This document shows positions 57,490-64,000 of a stretch of 64,000 nt of DNA, piece after piece. This DNA is from Amoebidium appalachense. Taxonomy: Eukaryota > Protista > Ichthyosporea. The position numbers and the translations under genes were made by a program. Under the pieces are notes generated by a model. The model saw nothing but the letters and a program-made list of their open reading frames with translations. It did not search any database and was not told the origin of the DNA. The stretch spans positions 3,722,231 to 3,786,230 of the forward strand of contig CAVNZM010000009.1 in NCBI GenBank assembly GCA_963693365.1, written 5' to 3'. The stretch's first letter is position 1. Every line of letters begins with the position of its first letter.

Positions 57490-60367
57490 TCGTCGTGGGT
57501 CCTCAAGACAGCGTCGAGGTGGTATGGCATGAATGTTTGTGGGGTGACTCTACCAAAGGTATGAATGGTGTGAATGTTTTGTGGTTGGGGGAGGTTCCCC
57601 AGCCACAAGTGGATGGTCTCAGTGTTTCTTGTCCCAACCCGGTGTTTGTTCTAACCACACCAGAGGGGGTTTCTGTGCCATTGTTTCCGGGAGGGGGGGG
57701 GACACACACGAGTAAAGGGGGAAGGGGGGGGAAGGCACAGACACGTAGAAACACACCACCACAACAACATACGACGGTTGCAGACACACCTACACAAACA
57801 CACACACCCACACATACACCAAACACACACACACCACCCACCCACACATCACACACACACACTCCACCACCACCCACACCACATACACACCCCACCCCAC
57901 CCGTGCAGGCACCACAGGTAGGTATGTTGCACGTAGGTATCGAGGGTGTGAGTCTTCGTGGGCAGGGATTGGGTGTGAGTGATGATGTGTTGCTTGAATT
58001 GGAGGAGGATTTAGGTGGTTTTAGCCGGCATTATATAGACGTATGGTTAGCTGATGGTAAGTTGAAGGCTGTTGCTTTGCTCGACGGAGGGGCTCAGGTT
58101 AATTGTGTGCATGCTTCGTTTATTCGTCGTTTTAATCAGGCCGGGGGGGAAATTCCTATTTTAGATGCTTCTAGCACAGCCTTAGGTAGTGCTAATAATA
58201 GTAGTATGTCTGTGGAAGGTGTTTGTGTGTTGCCGTGTGAGATAGGTGGCCAGGCTATGCATATTGCTTGTTATGTGGTTAAGGATTTAGCTCAAAGTGT
58301 TTTGTTGGGAGCCCCATTTTTCCGTAGACATGTGAATGCTTTGTTTGAACGTACGAATGTTTTAGAATTGCAGTCCGGCTTTAAAATTAAAACCCATGAT
58401 GGGCTCGACGGTTATCAGTCTGGTGCTAGAACGGTAGCTGAAGTAGTAATCGAGCCTTATCAGTGCCAAACGGTACGTGTCCGAGCCGGCAATCATGTTA
58501 GGATAGGGGATTTAGGGGTTTTTACTCCGAAAACCCCATTTCAGGAGGTGGCCCAATGGACCCTTAGTAGGGTATGGCCGGATAAGACAATAGAAATAGA
58601 ATTAGTGAATCCGGGCATCGAGCCTGTAGTGATTAGGTCAGGTGTTTCCGTCGGTAGTTTCACTAATGAGATTGGTAGTATAGAGGTCTCTCTTATTACC
58701 CAAAAGGAGGATGCCGGCTCGAAGGGTGACTCAGGAGGAGGGGGAACAACTTTATTTAACGTTAGCCACCAAAATGTCACCCGACACGATGGGGGGGGGG
58801 GACCGGGACAGCACCGGTCCCACTCCCCCGACCCCCAAGAGGAAGGAGGGTCACCCCGGGTGTGAGAATGTGCAGGCAGGGGGGGAGGGTGTTGGTCTAA
58901 CCCGTGGATCTGACGGGTTCACCAACACCGTGGGGGGCAGGGTGGCCACAGACCTGGCCCCCCACATACATGCACTAACTCATCAGGAATTGCCCGGGGG
59001 CATTGGTGTGCCGGGGGGAGGGGGGGGTGCTAAAGGTGACCGCCTATATCCGGAGGTACCTCAACCTCACCCCGAGCAGCACAAATGTAATACAGGAGGT
59101 GAAATGTTAAGTGGCACTCCGGTGAATAAGGATGCATCCACTTGTGATGGGGGTAACCCGGAGTTAGTATTGCCGTTTGGTATGAAGGAGGGGGATTGGA
59201 CGGTAGAACAGAAAAAGTTGTTAGCTAAGTTATTTGATAGGACTCGGTTTGCATTTCTGGCCGATGATAACGAAGTAGGCTTCGTTAAAGGGTTTGAAAT
59301 GCAGATCGACACAGGTGATAATAGGCCGGTAGTGATGCCTAGCTATAGAATGGAGCAGTATAAATTGTCGGATGCTCTAATAATAGTGAGTGATATGTTA
59401 AAAAAGGGTCATGTGGAGCATAGTTCGAGTCCGTGGAGAAGTCCGGTGCTATTGGTTAAGAAGCCCGACGGGTCTTGGCGTCTAGTGAACGATTACAGGG
59501 CTCTGAATCGGATCACTAAGGCAGACCAATGGCCTCTCCCTAACATAGACGAGCAGCTTTCACAGCTGCACGGCTATACTCACTTTGCTAAACTTGATTT
59601 AAAAGCAGCTTTTTGGCAGATAAGGTTGGAGGAGAGCAGCAAGGAGAAGACTGCCTTTGCACTGGGGGACCAGCTGTTCCAGTACAAGGTGGTGCCGATG
59701 GGTTTGCTCTCCTCTCCAGCTATGTTGTGCCGGGTAATGTATAAAATTCTCCACCCTCATTTGGATGTATGCCACCCTTATTTGGATGATGTTTTAATTA
59801 AAGGTACGTCATTTGAGGAGTTAGTTAATAATTGTGAAAAAGTATTTTTAGCTTTGGGTGAGTCTGGTCTTCGTATTAGCGGTAGCAAGACTGTGATTGG
59901 TGTGCCGGAGGTTAAGTTTTTAGGTCATATTGTGTCTATTAATGGTCTTGCCCCTGATCCGGAGAAAATCCGGGCCATAGTTGAGTGGCCCCGTCCTCAG
60001 ACTGTCACTCAACTAAGGCAAGTTTTAGGTTTAACTAATTATCTTCGTCGTTATATTAAGGATTATAGTATGCTTGCTTTGCCGTTAACTAGTCAGACGG
60101 GGGGGGAGAAGAAGAATAGATTAGATTGGAATGTGGATGCTGTTTCTGCTTTCGAAAAGCTTAAGTTAGCTTTGCAGTCTTCGAGTATGCTTGTTCATCC
60201 TGATTTTTCGGCCGGGGGGGGAATGTTTAAAGTTCGGTGTGATGCAAGTAAGGTTGCTGAGGGGGCCGTGTTATATCAAGTGCAGGAGGGGCAGGATAGA
60301 GTGATGGCTTATGCTAGTCGTTCATTTAGAAAAAGTGAACGTAGATATAGCAATCCGGAGAGAGAGT
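57490..60367 (+). CDS. pol: pol of copy B: protease, dUTPase-like segment, reverse transcriptase, RNase H N-part (frameshift at G-run near 58795)
   Basis: Motifs LLDGGAQVN; SPWRSPVLLVKKPDGSWRLVNDYRALN; KLDLKAAFWQI; PMGL; YLDDVLI; VRCDASK. Confidence 0.93.
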
Positions 60368-61293
60368 TGTTGGAGTGCAGACTTACGCTCACTCCACAAT
60401 ATGTGTATGTTAGCTTTACAATTGGTTCCGTGTACATAGACACACACTGCCCCACGGGTATATAAGCCACGGCTCTGCCAGGTGCAATGGAGTTCAGACA
60501 TGGAGTTCAGTCATGGAGTAAAGACATGGAGTTAAGTCATGGAGTTAACACACTGAAAGCAGTAAAAAAAAACGGGTCAGCGCCCAAGCGCGCCACGACG
60601 AGGGCCTAGTCACAGCGGACTCTACTTCCAACAGGGTTATGGGCCCAGACACGACACCGCGGCCTCTAACTTCATTAGAGACTTTCGCTTCCACAAACTC
60701 CATCCGCAGCAGCCTGCGACATCAACGTCAAGTATTCCACTTCATTGGCGGGGCACGCACCACAGTGGAATGCACACCCCGGTCTACCCTGCAAGTAGCC
60801 ACACTCACTCTCTCTTCTCTAGTGGTGTGTACACTTCTCCAATGGGTAGGGGTGTTGGAGTGCAGACACGCTCACTCCACAATATGTGTATGTTAGCTTT
60901 ACAATTGGTTCCGTGTACACAGACACACACTGACACTCGATCACCACATGCACATCTGCATAGTTGAGGAATTTCAATTTTTTTGACTGCAAAGATTGTC
61001 CTGGTCCCAGAGATCTCTAAATGAAAGTAACCAATCGATAGCGCCTGGCATCCGGATTACATTCCAGACTGCTGCCCCACGGGTATATAAACCACGTCTC
61101 TGCCAGGTGCAGACATGGAGTTCAGTCAGGAGTTCAGTCATGGAGTTCAGTCATGGAGTTCAGTGATGGAGTTAAGTCATGGAGGTCAGTCATGGAGTCA
61201 GTCATGGAGTTAACACACTGAAAGCAGTAAAAAACGGGTCAGCGCCCAAGCGCGCCACGACGACCCTAGTCACAGCGGACTCTACTTCCAACA
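60368..61293 (+). mobile_element. TRIM-like miniature non-coding LTR retrotransposon with copia-type PBS
   Basis: LTRs 60368-60633 and 60853-61293 (TGTTGGA...TCCAACA). PBS GGTTATGGGCCCAG at 60635, PPT GGGTAGGGG before 60853, 219-bp interior, and TSD AGAGT at 60363-60367 and 61294-61298. Confidence 0.93.
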
Positions 61294-61298
61294 AGAGT

Positions 61299-63562
61299 CC
61301 CATGCTATCTTTTGGGCAGTCTCACAGGCATGGAGGTATATACTCGCAGGCAGGACGTTTGAGGTCTACACCGACCACAAGCCCTGCCTAGCCATGGCCG
61401 GCACCACTCGTCTGGTCAACGAGAGGATGCAGAAGTGGGCCGCGGCTCTCGGTGAGTTCTCCTATAAATTGTTTTATGCCAAGGGTGAAACAATGGTTGA
61501 CTGTGATGCTCTCTCTCGTGCTGCTTATATTTTGTTTGAAGAAGAGAAGGAGGGGGAGGGGGGGGCTAGTGAGAGACGGGGGGGGGAGGGGGGAAGGGGG
61601 GGGGAGAGTGAGCAGAAAGGAATAGATGCTGTGTCTGTTGATGTGTCTTCTTGGGTTCCGGGGTTGCTTGCTTATAAGTGTAGGGGAGGGGGGGGGAGGT
61701 ATTTGTCTGTGTCTGAGGTCGGGACCGAGTCTCATGGCTCGGCCCCTGCCTTAGCACCTACGGCTTTGATCTTAGCTCAGGAGGAAGATGTGTTGATTGG
61801 TCTGGTTAAGAATTATTTAAAGAGGCCGGTTGATTCGATTAAATTTAAAAATAAAAGGCAGATGATTAAGGTAGCTAAGTTAGCAAAAATGTGTCAGGTA
61901 GAGCAGGATTTAGTTTATCATTGTTCTGGGCCAGACGGACACCGAGTTTGGGTCCCGACGGCACTTGTGCCTGAGGTTTTGCATATGGTGCATGAGCATC
62001 CCATGGCTGGTCATTTAGGTGTAAATAGGACGTTGCTTCGTGTTAATCGTTCGTATTTTTGGCCGGGTATGAGTAGGGAGGTGAGGGATTATGTGTTGTC
62101 ATGCATGCATTGTCAGGAAAGGAATGAGAGTCCCCACTCTCGTTCCCGCCCGTCGTTTATTAGGGATTTTAATGTTCGTATGTTTGAAAGGGTAGCAGTG
62201 GATGTGGTCGGTCCTTTTAATTCTACGGTTGAGGGTAACACTGTTCTTGTTACCGTCACCGATGTGGCCACTCGTTGGGTTGAAGTTTTTCCTCTCCCCA
62301 CTGCTAATGCCGTTTTGTTTGCTCGTATTTTTGTGGATGAAATTTGTCTTAGGTTTGGTTGTCCTCGTGTTTTGTTAACGGATAGGAGTCGTGTGTTTTT
62401 AAATCAGTTGGTGTCGGAGGTGTGTAAAATTTTAAGGGTAGCTCATATCACTACGTCTGCATATCACCCTCAAGCAAATGCCATCTCTGAACGTGTGCAT
62501 GCAGTGTTTCAGAAGTCCTTTGGCAAAATGGTGGATGTGGAGGTTAATGATTGGGATCATATGTCTAGGTTTATTGCTCATTCATATAATTCTACCCCTC
62601 ATGCTGTGACTGGTTTTTCTCCGTTTTATTTGGTCTATGGGCAGGAGGCTATTAGTTTGTTAGATACGGCACTTTTGCCGATGGGGGGGGCTGACCGACT
62701 AACTTATCCCCACTGGACTGAGTTCCGGGAGCAGCTACTAACCCGGGCCCGGGCTGCACGTGATGCAGCTCTGGCCCGTACACAGCAGGCACAGACACGT
62801 GCAGACGTGTCCACACGTCCGTTACGTGAATTTGCCGAGGGCACTTTAGTTTTAATTAGGGATCATACTAGGAAAAAGAGATATAAGCAGGAGCAGGAAG
62901 GTAAGGGTGAAGGTGAAGGTCTTCGTAAGTATGGTAAGAAATGGTTGCCTCTTTTTATCGGTCCGTATAAAATAGTGGCTAGGTTAGGTCCGACGGAATA
63001 TAAGGTGCAGAGGTTAGATAATGAGAGTGATGTTAGATTTTATAATGTAGATGATATAAAGGAATATTATGATAGGGCCCTTAGGGTTAAACGGCCGGAG
63101 GGCCGTCGAGTGTTAGATGCATTCACCCCCGACTATGACGGGTCGGTGGATGTATCGGAGGCTGCAGTAGATAAAATTATGGATAAAAAGGTTATCGAAG
63201 GTAAGGAAGGTAAGGTAAATTATTATTTAATTCGTTTTGAGGGAGGTTATCAGGAAGATCAGTGGTTGCCTGAGTTTCATTTGGATTGCCCGTTTTCTAT
63301 TCGTGCTTATGAGGCTAGATTAGTGCAGAGGGAGTTGCCTAGTGCTCCCTCTCGGCCAAAGAGAGTTATTCCTCAGTTTAATCGTGGTGTGAAAAAGTCG
63401 GTGGGGGAGGGGGCCGGGGGGGGAGTGATGCAAATACACGTAGACACACGGGGGGAGGGGGAGGGAGGGGAGGAGACCGAGGAGGAGTGTGAACGTAGTC
63501 GTAGGAATTTAATTTATTATCATAGGTGTCTCCGTAGGTATCAAGCTTATGGTGTAGATTAA
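61299..63562 (+). CDS. pol: pol of copy B: RNase H C-part, integrase (HHCC, DDE, GPY/F) and chromodomain
   Basis: Motifs FEVYTDHKP; HEHPMAGHLG...CMHC; VAVDVVGP...LLTDRS...ISER; FIGPYKIV; and VDKIMDKK...YYLIRFEGGYQEDQWLPEFHL (chromodomain, about 63167-63313). Confidence 0.94.
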
Positions 63563-64000
63563 TTTATTATTTTTCTTCGTAATTTATTTAATTTAATTTT
63601 TTTTAGGAGACTGATTAGTCTATGTCTTTTTAGGGGGTGTTAGATGTAATGTGACTGAGGTGGGACTCAGCTTTTCCGGGGGCCGGGGGGGGAGTTGACA
63701 TATACTAATCCGTCTCAGCAGATTAGCCTAAGTCTACGATCGAGATCGGGGGGGGGGGGGGGGGGGGGGGGGGTGGCCCGGGTCACAGATCATCAAGATC
63801 AAGTCCGGGGCCTCAAGATAGCTGTGCAGCTGCGTGCATCATCTTGCTTCTGCCGGCGCAGGGCATTGGACCACGTCAGCCGGGACAGCCGTCCAATAGA
63901 ATTCTAATTAGTGTATAGGATAGATCGTAGGAGGACTTAGGAATGTCATTGTTCGGGCAGAAGCCCTTTTGTAAGGATTGGCAAGGTTTGATAGTATATG

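Larger units (their letters stand above)
56453..64000 (+). mobile_element. Ty3/gypsy chromovirus copy B: 5' LTR 56453-57170, internally deleted gag, pol, PPT, 3' LTR from 63696 (runs off the window)
   Basis: Near-identical LTRs; G-rich PPT just before 63696; domain order PR-RT-RH-IN-chromodomain. Confidence 0.96.

Noticed and set aside
57712-57908. Host-like intron (GT...CA-rich...CAG) inside pol
   Set aside because: Splicing it out breaks the protease frame in both copies, and the unspliced sequence is already open in B.
61113-61212. 13-bp ATGGAGTTCAGTC repeats as an independent array
   Set aside because: They are internal to the TRIM LTRs and have no spacers.

Overview
This is eukaryotic genomic DNA whose introns and intergenic regions are packed with poly-G/poly-C and (CA/TG)n tracts. 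Single-base indels in homopolymers suggest long-read consensus errors. In order along the window: (1) exons of a calcineurin-like (purple acid) phosphatase on the minus strand, running off the left edge; (2) four intronless paralogues of an unrecognised single-pass surface protein with a variable TTTVPPPPP stalk and a precisely conserved GC-box/CCAAT/CCAAT/TATA promoter; (3) a 9-exon CHMP7-like ESCRT-III gene head-to-head with a CCDC43-like gene, which has an AT-AC U12 minor intron and two candidate 27-nt microexons born by duplication; (4) an intronless single-C2H2 zinc-finger gene. The last 11.5 kb is a four-deep retrotransposon nest. Chromovirus copy A has gag and pol separated by one in-frame UGA followed by a large predicted RNA structure. 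A is cut off by a copia fragment, which is interrupted by chromovirus copy B, whose RNase H is in turn split by a TRIM with a perfect TSD. MITEs, a hAT-like element and a poly-C-tailed SINE-like family are also present. Family assignments come from motif recognition only; no database search was run.
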